Source of the DNA: an uncultured Lentisphaerales bacterium
GTDB lineage: Bacteria; Verrucomicrobiota; Lentisphaeria; JABSQK01; UBA12247
Length of the DNA stretch: 64,000 nucleotides
NCBI GenBank assembly: GCA_943788985.1
Contig: CALSSJ010000017.1
Location: forward strand, 64,001 to 128,000
Reading direction: 5' to 3'
The notes beneath the pieces are model-generated. The model did not search any database. It had not been told where the DNA came from and was given only the letters and a program-made list of their open reading frames with translations. Shown here piece after piece: positions 1-11,603 of the stretch (position 1 is the stretch's first letter; every line of letters begins with the position of its first letter). Position numbers and translations under genes: made by a program.

Positions 1-882
1 CTTAGTGGAAATGCCAAACTCTTTGGCCTTCCAGGTCAGATAAAACGGATCGATCGGAATGCAGTGACCGCCTAAGCCGGGACCGGGGTAGAAGGGCATG
101 TAACCGAATGGTTTGGTCGACGCCGCCCGGATCACTTCCCAGATGTTAATGTCCATCTCATGGAAAACTACCTTTAACTCGTTAACCAAGGCGATGTTTA
201 CGCAGCGGAAGATGTTCTCCATCAGCTTGGTCGCCTCTGCCGCCCGACAGGAAGACACGGGGATGGTCTCGCAGATGATCGTATCGTAGAGCGCGCGCGC
301 TGCTTCGAGTGCGTCAGGCGTTAGACCGCCGACTACCTTAGGAATTGTAGAGGTCTTAAACTTTGCGTTATTTGGGTCTTCCCGTTCTGGCGAGTAGGCC
401 ACGAGGAAGTCCTTGGTAGCGCAAAGCCCAGAGATGTCTTCCAGCGTCGGTGCCAGGATCTCGTCCGTGGTGCCGGGATAGGTGGTAGACTCGAGCGTGA
501 TGAGCTGCCCCTTGCGCAGGTGTGGGCCGATCGCTTCGGCCGTTTTCACCACGTAGGAAAGATCCGGGTCGCGATATTCGGTCAACGGTGTCGGCACACA
601 GATGAGTACGGCATCGCAATCGGCAACCTTGGAAAAATCTGATGTGGCAAACACCTTGGGTTGATTCGCGATGTGCTCGCGGACCTCATCCCCGTCAATA
701 TGCCGGATATAGGACTCCCCGGCGGTTAGCGCATCAATCTTGCGCTGGTCGATATCTAGTCCAATCACTGGAAATCCGGCTCGCGAAAATTCTAGGACAA
801 TCGGTAGTCCCACATAGCCAAGGCCAACCACGCCAATCGTGGCTTCGCGATTCTCGATTTTGCGTATCAGCTCGTTCTTCAT
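1..882 (-). CDS. Nucleotide-sugar (UDP-GlcNAc/ManNAc-type) dehydrogenase, 3' end beyond window edge
   Basis: Manual minus-strand translation gives MKNELIRKIENREATIGVVGLGYVGLP, LESTTYPGTT, SPEREDP, KLMENIFRCVNIALVNEL and GPGLGGHCIPIDP. It is absent from the ORF track because the stop lies outside the window. Confidence 0.92.
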   Translation of the reverse strand, partial: MKNELIRKIENREATIGVVGLGYVGLPIVLEFSRAGFPVIGLDIDQRKIDALTAGESYIRHIDGDEVREHIANQPKVFATSDFSKVADCDAVLICVPTPLTEYRDPDLSYVVKTAEAIGPHLRKGQLITLESTTYPGTTDEILAPTLEDISGLCATKDFLVAYSPEREDPNNAKFKTSTIPKVVGGLTPDALEAARALYDTIICETIPVSSCRAAEATKLMENIFRCVNIALVNELKVVFHEMDINIWEVIRAASTKPFGYMPFYPGPGLGGHCIPIDPFYLTWKAKEFGISTK

Positions 883-1049
883 AGTCATCCGTCACGTGAT
901 ATGATCCAAAGTGGAGATAATACAGATACTTCAACGAGCGACAATGTCGACGGTAACTGAGCGCTCTCGCAGAAATCTTCCGCTTCCCGCCGTCAACGCG
1001 GATCGGTCGGCCGTTCAGAAGCAGCGTTAGATTCCGGCGAGCGACCGTT

Positions 1050-1325
1050 ATCTAAAGGGTGGGTTTGGGCTGCCCGTGATCGCAAATCCTATCGGTCCAG
1101 CTATGGAATTGGCTCTGCCCACAGTACCACCTCGGCACAGGCCATCTGCACGACCGATCTGCTGGCCACTTGGGCCGAGACTACCGGCCAAGCTCTGCCG
1201 GACAGCGCTGGCGAGGACAGCGTCAGCTTTCGGCCCGCGCTCCGCGAGGTTCCGATCCCTAATCTCAAGAACCGCCTGATCGTGCATCACTCCGACCGCG
1301 GCGCATTTGCCGTACGCAGAGGCCA
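1050..1325 (+). pseudogene. Arylsulfatase C-terminal remnant
   Basis: Reads TSAQAICTTDLLATWAETTGQALPDSAGEDSVSFRPAL...IVHHSDRGAFAVRRG, matching the sulfatase C-terminal pattern. No start or catalytic N-terminus is present. Confidence 0.7.
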
Positions 1326-1613
1326 TAGAGCCAGCGGGCAGCATGAGGGTAGGCCGTTCGGGCGTCATCTGGTCATGGCGTCGTCGGGAGTCATGGCGTC
1401 ATCCAGTCACCAAGTCCTATTCATCACGCCCAAGGCGTGAGCCTGGCGCAAAGGGGCACCCCCAACGACGATGTGCTTGGGGGCCCCTCTCCGTAGGGCG
1501 CAACTCAGCTGTGAGGCGAGATCCCCAAAAAGCACGGCGCTGGGTTGAAAAGTACCCATTCGCAGACGACCTTTCCAGCCACGCTTTCTCCCCCCACCTA
1601 GCCTGAATCGTTC

Positions 1614-2810
1614 ATGGAATTCTTAGCCAATGCCTGGAAAGTCTGCTGTGAGCTGGCCCCATGGCTATTCGTCGGGCTGGGCGCAGCTGGCTTGCTGCAT
1701 CGATTCGTGCCCGCAGACCTGCCCCAACGAGCACTCGGGAAGCCAGGCTTGGGCAGCATTCTGCGCGCGGTGCTGGTGGGTGTCCCGCTTCCGCTCTGCT
1801 CATGCGCGGTCATCCCGGCTGCCGGAGCTCTGCGTAAGAAAGGCGCTTCCAGAGGTGCCTCGCTCGCGTTCTTGATCAGCACGCCCCAGACCGGTGTGGA
1901 TTCGATCGCCGTGACAGCATCCATGTTAAGCTGGCCGTTTGCCTTATTCAAAGTCGTGGTTGCCCTGGTCACCGGCGTGGTCGGGGGCGTGCTGACTGAC
2001 GGCCTGCATGGCGACGGCGCAGAGACTGAAGGAGAAGCCAAAGCTCGTGCCGCAGTTGCAGACGAGCCCGTCCTCTCCTTCGTCGATTCGTTGTTGTACA
2101 CGATCTGGCGCTGGCTGGCAATCGGCATCTTCGTCGCGGCAGCGATCAGCACCTGGCTACCACCGGACCTGTTCGGCTCTTGGGGCCTGACTGGACCGGC
2201 TGCGATGTTCGCAGCGCTGGCCATTTCCGTGCCGCTTTATGTCTGCGCCACGAGCTCGGTACCAATCGCGGCAGCGCTGGTCGCCTCCGGCTTGCCCGTG
2301 GGAGCCGCCATCGTCTTTCTCATGGCTGGCCCGGCGACCAACGTGGCCACGATCGGCGCCGTCTACCGCTTGCTGGGCGGACGAGCCTTGGGCGTCTATC
2401 TCACCACCGTGTGCGGCTTCAGCATGTTGGCTGGCTGGCTGTTCGACGGCTTGTTCGAGCCTGCTGGCGGCCTCACGCCAGACGCCCATCACCATACCAG
2501 CGCACTTGCGATGTTCGCAGCGGCGCTTCTCTTGGCCTTGTTCGCCCGCTATCTCGTGCGCGACCTGCGGTATGCATTTGCTCCGACACTAACAGGCGGG
2601 CTGTCCATCGTTGTCGACGGCATCACCTGCAAAGGCTGCGTCGCCAAAATTCAGCGGACTCTCGCCGCAGCGCCGGGGGTCGACACCGTGCAGGTCAGCA
2701 TCGAGACTGATACCGTGACTGTCACTGGCTCAGATCCGGATGCACCACGCATCTGCTCGTTGCTGGCCGACGCCGGGTTTCCCCCACGCGAGGCTGCCCG
2801 CCCGGCTTGA
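1614..2810 (+). CDS. Metal permease (DUF318/ArsP, SO_0444-like) with C-terminal HMA domain
   Basis: PLPLCSCAVIP, STPQTGVDS and PLYVCATSSVPIA motifs, multiple TM helices, and a C-terminal GITCKGC heavy-metal-binding motif. Confidence 0.88.
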   Translation: MEFLANAWKVCCELAPWLFVGLGAAGLLHRFVPADLPQRALGKPGLGSILRAVLVGVPLPLCSCAVIPAAGALRKKGASRGASLAFLISTPQTGVDSIAVTASMLSWPFALFKVVVALVTGVVGGVLTDGLHGDGAETEGEAKARAAVADEPVLSFVDSLLYTIWRWLAIGIFVAAAISTWLPPDLFGSWGLTGPAAMFAALAISVPLYVCATSSVPIAAALVASGLPVGAAIVFLMAGPATNVATIGAVYRLLGGRALGVYLTTVCGFSMLAGWLFDGLFEPAGGLTPDAHHHTSALAMFAAALLLALFARYLVRDLRYAFAPTLTGGLSIVVDGITCKGCVAKIQRTLAAAPGVDTVQVSIETDTVTVTGSDPDAPRICSLLADAGFPPREAARPA

Positions 2811-2861
2811 CGTGGTGCGCCCAACCCGCAAAGTGTAGGCAACAGCACCGCAACCCATCGG

Positions 2862-5595
2862 ATGCACATGGACCTCTCCCGCTTTTACACCAGCACCTAT
2901 GGCTACAACGAGCCAGATAAGCCTCGCTCTGCAGACCTACTGGCCGAGTCGCTTACTGTCTGTCGAGCCGCCTGGCCTAAGGACAGTCGCTATCGCATAG
3001 ACGAGGCCATCGCCGCCGGCGGTATGGGCGCCATCCTCAAGGCCTGGGACCACGATGCCCAGCGCTACGTGGCCATGAAAGTGATGCTCCGCGATGATCT
3101 CGAGAGCTCTGCCTCCCAAGCATTTCTGCACGAGGCCCACATCGTGGCCTCGCTCGAGCACCCAAACATCGTCCCCGTACACGAAGTCGGCGCTACCGCC
3201 TTTGGCGATCCCTATTTCACCATGAAATGGGTCCAGGGTGACAGCCTGGCAGACATCCTCCTGAAGCAGCAACGCGGCGATGCGACATATCTGGCCGACT
3301 ATCCGATCGCATCCTTGCTCGATATCCTGATCAAAATCGCCGACGCCATCGACTTCGCGCATTCCCGTGGTGTTTGGCACCTGGACTTGAAGCCGCATAA
3401 CATCTTGATTGGTCAGTTTGGCGAAGCCATCGTGCTCGATTGGGGCCTGGCCAAGTTGTCTGACGAGTTGGGTCCCGACCTCCCCCTGCTGGAGGCAGCC
3501 CCTCTTCCGGCCACTGCAACCTTGCTCCTCTCCCAAGGCATCGTTCGCGGCACCCCTGGCTTCATGGCCCCTGAGCAGGCGAGCGCTGACGTGGCTCAGA
3601 TCGATCATCGCTCGGACATCTTCGCTCTCGGCTCCATTCTTTACACCATGGTCACGCACAAGCATCTCATCGCCGGGGGATTCGTCCCAGGAGATGATCC
3701 AGTACACCATCAACGGCCAATTCGTACCGCCTGGCCGGCGCGTACGGCGAGACATCCCCAAGAGCCTCGAAGCCATCGTGATGAAGTGCGTCGCCCTGGA
3801 CCCGGTAGCCCGCTACGAATCAGTCGGCCAGATGATTGACGACCTCCAGGCCTATACCCACGGCCAGGTGACCAGCGCTGAAGCGGCGAACCCGCTGACC
3901 CACATGCGGCTGTTCGCTCAGCGGTTTCGCACCGAGATTCGCCTGATCTCGTTCAGCGCCCTCATCATCCTGGGCTTGGCCGTAGTCTTCGGCGTATCTT
4001 GGTACTCTGAGCACCTCAGCGCCGAGCAACTCGCGACTGGCGCACGCTCCCAAGACCGAGCCCTGGCAAACGCCGTAAACGACGCCCTCGCCCAGCGCCA
4101 ACGCTCCCGCCTGCTGCAACAGGAGCGAAACCAGGCGCAGACCGATGCGCAGTTCGCACGCTATCTCTTGGAGCTTTCGAGCGCAGCCACCGCCCTCCGC
4201 GCCTCACGCCTCGACCAAGTAGACAGGCACCTGCGCGCCTGCCCCAAGGCCCACCGCCACTGGGAGTGGCACTACTTACAGGCCCAGACTCCAGGCGTTG
4301 CAAAGTCCGCAAAGTTTGATCCACCATTTCGGAAGCTGCGGGTCGGGGAGCGGCTGCTAGTTGGCGCCGCCGAGCGCACCATTCGCGCGATCGACGCCGA
4401 GAGCTTAGAGACCACGGCCTCCATGACAGAACCCGCCGCAATTAACGATCACTGCCTGACCGGCCATGACCGCTATGTCGTCACCGCCTCTGAAGATGGA
4501 AACGTCAGAATTTGGGACCTGGAAACGCGCAAGCAGTCGCGGCTGTTGGTGGGGCATCGAGCGCCAGTCACAGCAGTCGCTGCAGACTCCCGCCTGATTG
4601 CCTCCGGCGATGCGGCCGGAACCTTGATTCTATGGAATGCCCGCAGCGGTCGAATCGTCACTCGGCGCTCCATGCATGATCGGCCGATCGCCAATCTACG
4701 GCTGCTGGCAGATCAAGTCGTGTCCGCAGATGAGGCCGGAGAAGTGGCGGTTCTGCCACTGCGCCAAGGCCAAGTGACCCGGTTCCCCGCAGCCCTCGCT
4801 ATCTCCGACAAGCGCACGGCACGTGACGCAGACGTCATTCTCCAAGCTGGCAGCAAGCTGGTGGCCCTGGGATCGGGAGCGCCGCGCCGCACGCCTACTC
4901 GTGCCGAAGAGTTCGGGGTTTGCCACGCTGGACGACGGCCGCTACCTGGTCGCAACAGGGCAAACACTCGGCATCCAAGAACAGGACAGCTTCGTGACCC
5001 TTCGTCGTACCAGCTCACCTGTAGTTGACGTGGCCTGGGCAGACGCGATTCTGGTGGCTTCTGCCGACGGACTGCTCACTAAATTGCAACATCCTCGCGT
5101 CCCTTCCGCCACGTCGACCATCCCCCTGCCCGCCTCCATCAGCCAAATCACCGTGACCGAATCCGGTCTCATTCTCGATGATGGCACCGAGGCCTGGATG
5201 CTGACGGCCCCAGACCTCGAGCTGGCACCGACGGCGCTACCCGTTCCCCAGTCGGACTGGACCTTTCAGATGGGCTCGGATCAGACCATTCGTTGTGCCC
5301 CGAGCGGAGCCATTACACTGACAAACGGCGACAGGCAGCTCGCGGCCGATACCCACGCCCAGCCGCTTGTCGGGGCAGTGCTCACTCCCGATAGCCGTCG
5401 CCTGATTACTGCGGACTCCGCAGGGCCCACGTACGCATCTGGACGCAGGCACTGGTTCCACTCCTTGAGTTCCAGCCTAAGACCGCGCTGACTGCGGCCA
5501 GTTATTGGCCAGCGGCACATGCCATAGTCCTCGCTGGCAGCGAGGGCGACCAGCCCACGCTCTGGATCATCCAACCACAGTCGCTCAGCTATTGA
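2862..5595 (+). CDS. Membrane Ser/Thr protein kinase with WD40 repeats (three frameshifts, probably sequencing errors)
   Basis: GGMGAI, VAMK, HLDLKPHN, DWGLAK and GTPGFMAPEQ; a TM segment; HWEWHYL; WD40 repeats. Joined across extra bases at ~3675, ~4865 and ~5423. Confidence 0.85.
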
Positions 5596-5680
5596 TCACC
5601 GGGGGCAGCAAACTCACTTCGCCAAGCGCTCGCCGTTTTGTACTGTATGCGGATTAAGTCAAACTCGAGGAGGATTCAGC

Positions 5681-6455
5681 ATGGCGGATGAGCGCGTAGC
5701 ATTGGTCACAGGTGGCAGCCGGGGTATCGGCTTTGGCATAGCCCAATCGTTGGCCGCCGAGGGCTTTCAGCTGGTGATTTGTGGAGTTCGCAACGAGGAC
5801 GCCGTGCAACAGCCACTCGCCGCCCTGCGCGAGCAGACCGAAGTCGCCTATTTCTCCGCAGATGTAAGCATCGCTGCTGACCGACAGCGGTTACGGGATG
5901 GAATTCAGGCCAAGTTTGGTGCCCTGCATGTGCTGGTGAACAACGCTGGCGTGGCGCCCAAAGTGCGCGCCGACATTCTTGATGCCAGCGAAGACAGCTA
6001 CGACTGGGTCATGGACGTCAATCTCAAAGGGCCATACTTCCTGACCCAACTGATGGCAAACTGGATGATCGCGCAGCGCAAGGCAGCTGCGGACTTCGCA
6101 GGCTGCATCGTCAACGTCTCCTCCATTTCCTCCACCGTGGCCTCGCCAAGTCGTGGCGAGTACTGCCTGTCCAAGGCGGGCATGTCCATGGCCACACTGC
6201 TCTGGGCCACCCGCTTGGGTGAGTACGACATCCCCGTGTACGAAGTGCGCCCGGGCATCACCGAGACCGATATGACCGCGGGCGTGAAAGAGAAATATGA
6301 CACGCTCATCGCGGACGGACTTCTTCTCCAGCAACGATGGGGCCCAGCCAGCGGACACCGGTAAAGTGGTCGCGATGATGGCCCGCGGTGATGTTGGCTA
6401 TTCAACTGGACAGGTGATCACCGTTGATGGTGGCCTCCTCGTCCCCCGCCTGTAA
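5681..6455 (+). CDS. Short-chain dehydrogenase/reductase (3-ketoacyl-ACP reductase-like), one frameshift
   Basis: [12 protein letters not shown] and YCLSK. The C-terminus [10 protein letters not shown] is restored by removing one C at 6343-6345. Confidence 0.88.
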
Positions 6456-6477
6456 ATCCAATCCTGAGCAGATCGCA

Positions 6478-8146
6478 ATGAAGTATGCCTCCATGCCCTC
6501 TGTGGCCCTTCCCGACCGCACATGGCCAGATCGCCCCATTACCACAGCTCCAGTCTGGTGCGCGGTTGATCTACGCGACGGCAACCAGGCTTTGCCCAAC
6601 CCCATGACTCCCACGCAGAAGCGCGAGTATTTTCAGCTTCTCTGCGCCATGGGCTTCAAGCAGATCGAAGTCGGCTTTCCCGCTGCATCACAGGATGATT
6701 TTCAGTTCTGTCGTGACTTGATCGAGCAGAACATGATCCCGGATGATGTCGTAATTTCAGTACTGACACAGGCACGGCCGGCGTTGATTAGCCGAACCAT
6801 GGAAGCGTTGGTGGGCGTCAAGAAAGGCATCGTGCACTTCTACATTGCCACCAGCCACCTGCACACGAAGTTCGTCTTCAATCAGACACTGGACCAAGTA
6901 CGCGAGACTGCGGTGCGCTCCACCGCGCAGATTCGTGCCGCCGGGCGAGCGATGGACAGCCAGATTGGCTTGGAATTCTCCCCCGAGGAATTCACCGATA
7001 CTGACCGCGACTTCGCGATCGAGATCTGCGACGCAGTCACCGAGGTCTGGGGCCCTGACGAAGGCGAAACCGTGGTTTTGAACCTGCCCGCGACAGTCGA
7101 GCGGCGCTTGCCCAACGAATACGCAGACTTGATCGAGCGGTTCTGCCGCTTGCGCAAGTACCCGGACCACACCTCAATCTCCCTGCACGTGCACAATGAC
7201 ATGGGCTGTGGCGTTGCCGCAACCATGCTGGGGCTGAAAGCTGGTGCCCATCGGGTCGAGGGCACCTTGTTCGGACACGGCGAGCGCACTGGCAACGTCG
7301 ACTTGGTCACGATCGTCCTGAACCTCGAGTACATGGGCGTAGACACCGGCATTGATATCAGCCAAGTCAGCGAGATTGCAGAACGCGTCGCGAGCCTCAC
7401 CGACATGCCCTTGCATGCCCGCCATCCGTATGCCGGTGAGTTGGTCTTCACCGCCTTCTCCGGCTCCCATCAGGATGCGATCCACAAAGGCCTGACCAAA
7501 CGCGATGCGCTCAGTGATCACTTCGATGGCTGGAAAGTTCCTTACTTGCACGTGGACCCCGCAGCCATGGGCCGCAAGTTTGAGAAATACATCCGCATCA
7601 ACAGCCAATCTGGCAAAGGCGGAATCGCCCACGTGCTAGAAGTGGACTATAGCATCACCTTGCCGCGCTGGCTGCAGGTGGACTTGGCTGGCCACGTCCA
7701 GAAGTTTGCCGACGAAACCAGCCGTGAGCTGACCAGCGCCGAGGTCTGGGATGTTTTTCAGCAGTCATACGTTAATCGTGAGGGGCGCCTGCAACTGGCC
7801 AATTACTGGCCGCGGCCCCGACGACGCTGACCCCAAGCAGATCAACGGCGAGGCACATGTGACCTTCGATGGCGTTGCCCATACCTTGCGCGAGACCGGC
7901 AATGGCCCGATCTCCGCGTTTGTGCACGCCCTCCGTCAGCTCCCCGGCCTGCCTACATTCAAGCTGGACGAGTACGAAGAAGAGACGCTGGGCGCATCGG
8001 CAGATGCCAAGGCCGCCTGCTTTATTCGGGTGATATGTGAAGACTCCGGGAAGACCGCCGTCGGGGTGGGAGTCGGGGTCGACAGCAACATCGACCAAGC
8101 AGCCGTCCGCGGAGTCGTCAGCGCCTTGAACGCGTTGCTAGCATAG
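6478..8146 (+). CDS. leuA: 2-isopropylmalate synthase (LeuA2 type), one frameshift
   Basis: DLRDGNQAL, HVHND, GERTGN, FSGSHQDAI and INSQSGKGG. The regulatory domain (GNGPISAF) is joined after an extra C at 7816-7819. Confidence 0.93.
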
Positions 8147-8190
8147 CCCTGACCTTGGAAAACCGCGATCAGCAATAGGAGACGAACGCC

Positions 8191-8652
8191 ATGGGCTTTG
8201 ACGCACAGATTGAAGCATTGAACCTAACCCTGCCACCCGCGTCTACCCCAGCCGGGGCCTATAAGCTCGCGGTACGCAGCGGCAACCAACTGTATGTATC
8301 CGGCCACGGCCCCACGCAGCTGAATGGTGCCTGGCTGACCGGACGCGTCGTCGATGACCTGGATCTGAAGGAAGCCTACGCCGCCGCCCGCCAGACCGGG
8401 TTGGCCATGCTGGCCACGTTGCGCGCCGAACTCGGCTCGCTTGATGCGATCGAGTATCTGGTGAAAGCCACCGGCTTCGTCAATTGCCCTTCGGACTTCA
8501 CTCAGCAGCCGCAGGTCATGAATGGCTTCAGCGAACTGATGGGTGAGGTCTTTGGTCCTGAAGCTGGCTTTGCCGCACGGAGCGCCGTCGGTGTCGGCTC
8601 ACTGCCGGGGGGGATCCCGGTCGAGGTCGAGGCGATCTTTCAACTGCGGTGA
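8191..8652 (+). CDS. RidA/YjgF family protein
   Basis: LYVSGHGP, NGFSEL and ARSAVGVGSLP...VEVEAI; GGAG RBS. Confidence 0.88.
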   Translation: MGFDAQIEALNLTLPPASTPAGAYKLAVRSGNQLYVSGHGPTQLNGAWLTGRVVDDLDLKEAYAAARQTGLAMLATLRAELGSLDAIEYLVKATGFVNCPSDFTQQPQVMNGFSELMGEVFGPEAGFAARSAVGVGSLPGGIPVEVEAIFQLR

Positions 8653-9734
8653 GCTGGCCGCTTGTTTATGTTCTAATTGGGGTCGGCGCGGCCATTGTGG
8701 CGGCGGCAACTACCCCGCTCTGCCGCCGCCTCGCCAAGACATTCGGCGTCATGGACCGCCCTGCTGGCGAGTCCCATAAGGCACATGGCGCAGCCACCCC
8801 GCTGTTGGGCGGAATGGCCATGCTCAGTGCCTGGTTGATCGTTATTTTGGGGGGAGTCACCGTGCTCTTCCTGGGACCTGATCTGCTCCCGGAGCACATC
8901 GCCGGCATCATCCCTGGGGCGCGGTCTGTCCTTGGCCTGCTCGGCGTGGTAGCTGGCGGTGCCGCGGCCATTACGATCATGGGCCTCATCGATGACCGAA
9001 TCGCTATGGGCCCGGGCAAGAAGCTGTTCTTGCAGATCCTGATCTGCGGACTCACCGCGCTCTACCCCAAGATCCGGATCACCTTGTTTTGGGACCAGCC
9101 GCTGCTCACCTGGTGCATCACCGTGTTCTGGCTGGTTTTCGTCGTCAACGCCTTCAATTTCCTTGACAATATGGACGGCCTCGCCGCCGGCATCGCCCTG
9201 ATCGGAAGCGTGCTGTTTACCATAGTAGCTGCCATTCAGGATCAGAACTTTGTCGCCACCCTCGGCGCTGCCACCAGCGGCGTATCCCTGGGCTTCCTGT
9301 TCTTCAATAAGAGCCCCGCCTCCATCTTCATGGGGGACTCTGGCAGTCACTTTCTGGGCTATGTGCTGGGCGTCATGGCCACACTCACGCTCTTTTACAA
9401 CGAACAGGCCCCGACCACGGCTCCCGTGCTCATTCCGATCTTCATCCTCGCCCTGCCCATCTTCGACACCTTCGCCGTCGTCGTGATTCGCCTGCGCAAT
9501 GGCAAGCCCATCTACCATGGCGATCATAACCATATTTCGCATCGTTTTCACCACATGGGCCTGTCGCGCAAAACCGCCGTCCAGCTCGTCCATCTCTTGG
9601 CAATCGCGATCGGTCTTGGTGCCCTCCCCTTGCTCTGGCTCGATACGCGCGGCGTAATCCTAGTCTTGCTGCAGGCAGCCGCCATGCTCATGCTCATCAC
9701 ACTGCTACATGCTCGACTAAGAAAGGAAAAGTAA
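8649..9734 (+). CDS. Undecaprenyl-phosphate sugar-1-phosphate transferase (WecA/TagO, MraY family)
   Basis: TPLLGG, GLIDD, NAFNFLDNMDGL, IFMGDSGS and a His-rich HISHRF loop. Confidence 0.9.
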   Translation: MSWPLVYVLIGVGAAIVAAATTPLCRRLAKTFGVMDRPAGESHKAHGAATPLLGGMAMLSAWLIVILGGVTVLFLGPDLLPEHIAGIIPGARSVLGLLGVVAGGAAAITIMGLIDDRIAMGPGKKLFLQILICGLTALYPKIRITLFWDQPLLTWCITVFWLVFVVNAFNFLDNMDGLAAGIALIGSVLFTIVAAIQDQNFVATLGAATSGVSLGFLFFNKSPASIFMGDSGSHFLGYVLGVMATLTLFYNEQAPTTAPVLIPIFILALPIFDTFAVVVIRLRNGKPIYHGDHNHISHRFHHMGLSRKTAVQLVHLLAIAIGLGALPLLWLDTRGVILVLLQAAAMLMLITLLHARLRKEK

Positions 9735-11164
9735 TGAAGCATCTCACTTGCCTCACAATCGCGGTCGCGCTCATCGGCTGCCGCACCCCGGAGCCCACAC
9801 AGGAAGCCGAGGTTTCCCTGCCCTCCACGCTCATGGAGCAGATCCGCGACACGGATTGGCAGCCGTTTAGCGATGCCGACTACAATACCGACTCCGCCAG
9901 CAAAGTGCTGCGCGGTGAAATGCCCACCGTGCTGGCCTACGATATCGCCGCGGATGGCTACGGTGGCCTGGGCGTACGGCTCTACGGCGCGGACTTTCGC
10001 GAAGGGACGGATCTGGTATTTCGCGTGCGGGTTTCCGGCGGTCAACTGCAGGCGCTCGAACTGCTCAGCGTGTCCGGCACCGCACAGCGCGTCAAGCTCA
10101 AGCCCTACCTACGCCTGCAGGACGACGACTCGTATACCGCCACCCTGCCGCTTGAGGCCTTCTACACGCTCGATGATGCCGATCGCTCAGAGGTCTCACG
10201 CCTCGGCTTTGTTGTCACCGGGAAAGGCACGCTCACCGTGCAAAGCATCGAGCTCACCCGGGCTGGTGCCCTAGTTGCCGAGACCAATGATTCGGATACC
10301 GCAAGCGGCGATGGCAATGCCAAGGTCGAGGCCATGCCTTCGCGGGGCGTCCCCTCCGGACACGCCATTTTCATGCATGATCTCACGGTCGACGGCGTCG
10401 CCCGCATCCGCCGTCACAACCACGAAGCAGGCGCCGGGATGAAAATTCGCTACGCCTTCGTACACGCGGGAACCATCGGCAAGACCTTGGATGTAGAGAT
10501 GAGCAAGGTGCAGACGGCCCTGCACCAGTTGGGCGACCTCTGGGTATTTCCCATGCTTACGGGCCGCGCCGAGGACTTACCCGAGGACGAAACCGAACTG
10601 CGCGCACTGGCAGACTCAGCCTCGCTTATCGGACGGTATCCGCAATTTGCCGGTCTGCATGTGGACATTTCCCCCACCACCGAGCGCGTGCGTACCTTTC
10701 TCAACGAGATAAACGTAAGGCTGAACAAGCCATTTTCCGCCACCATCTCCGTTCACGCCCCGCCCAAATTTGTCGCCACGTCTGATATGCCGGTGCTGCG
10801 CGGTTTCGAGCTCGCAGATGATCCTGATGCCTATCGCGTCGAGCTGAAACAGCGCGCGATGGCGTTCTCACGCGCGGCCACTGAAGCCAAGCGGCGGCTG
10901 TTCATCGGGCTGCCCCTGTCGGCAACGCCAGTAGAGTTCGAGACCCGCCGCTCCCAGCAAGGCGACCACCCCAGCGGCTTCACCATGGGCCACTACCTCT
11001 CAGGCGCAATTGAAGCGGCAAATGACATTTCCTCGAGCCCGTCGTTCGGCGGCCTGGCTGGCTGGTCGCTCCGAGAAACTCCCGCCCAAGACAGCGAAGC
11101 CAGCTATCACCCCTACGAGATTCGTGACCGCCAGTGGATCGCGCTCTGGCGCTTCGGCCAATGA
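9734..11164 (+). CDS. Hypothetical lipoprotein with putative beta-sandwich and TIM-barrel (GH18-like) domains
   Basis: Lipobox ALIG-C; FAGLHVDISP and GGLAGW motifs. Start overlaps the upstream stop codon. Confidence 0.55.
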   Translation: MKHLTCLTIAVALIGCRTPEPTQEAEVSLPSTLMEQIRDTDWQPFSDADYNTDSASKVLRGEMPTVLAYDIAADGYGGLGVRLYGADFREGTDLVFRVRVSGGQLQALELLSVSGTAQRVKLKPYLRLQDDDSYTATLPLEAFYTLDDADRSEVSRLGFVVTGKGTLTVQSIELTRAGALVAETNDSDTASGDGNAKVEAMPSRGVPSGHAIFMHDLTVDGVARIRRHNHEAGAGMKIRYAFVHAGTIGKTLDVEMSKVQTALHQLGDLWVFPMLTGRAEDLPEDETELRALADSASLIGRYPQFAGLHVDISPTTERVRTFLNEINVRLNKPFSATISVHAPPKFVATSDMPVLRGFELADDPDAYRVELKQRAMAFSRAATEAKRRLFIGLPLSATPVEFETRRSQQGDHPSGFTMGHYLSGAIEAANDISSSPSFGGLAGWSLRETPAQDSEASYHPYEIRDRQWIALWRFGQ

Positions 11165-11529
11165 CCACCCGCGGGCCCATGTTGGCCGCCCTGCTGCTGA
11201 TCCCCGGCTGTATGGCCCCCAGTCCGCGCTTCGCCGCCGCGCAACAGCCTGGGGCAGCCCAGCCGCGCTCCGAGACTGTGACCGCTCGCGCAAACCGCAT
11301 CGTCTTGCTACTCGCCTTGCGTAGTCCGCTCAACGCCGGAGACTCTATTCTCATCCAAGACGAGACCGGCAAGCTGGCCGAGTTATTGACCGCGAAGATC
11401 GGCCGAGAACCATCGCTTTCACTTGCCGGCGCGAACTCCGCAACCCATCGCCTCCAGCTCACCCAGAACGCAGCCACATTAGTCAAACTCGCCAGCGGCC
11501 AGACCATCTGGGACGACCCGGGCCCCTGA
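11161..11529 (+). CDS. Small hypothetical lipoprotein
   Basis: ATGA overlap with the upstream gene; signal peptide with LIPG-C. Confidence 0.5.
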   Translation: MTTRGPMLAALLLIPGCMAPSPRFAAAQQPGAAQPRSETVTARANRIVLLLALRSPLNAGDSILIQDETGKLAELLTAKIGREPSLSLAGANSATHRLQLTQNAATLVKLASGQTIWDDPGP

Positions 11530-11603
11530 CCTACGACAATGCGGCTTGTCCTTCCGAACGCGACCGGCACATTTGCCATGCAGATGAACCACGAGGATTA
11601 AAC

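Noticed and set aside
1276..1305. HHSDRG, resembling the IS3-family integrase core
   Set aside because: The flanking residues (TDLLAT, GEDSVSF, AFAVRRG) fit an arylsulfatase C-terminus, and no other DDE motifs or IS ends are present.
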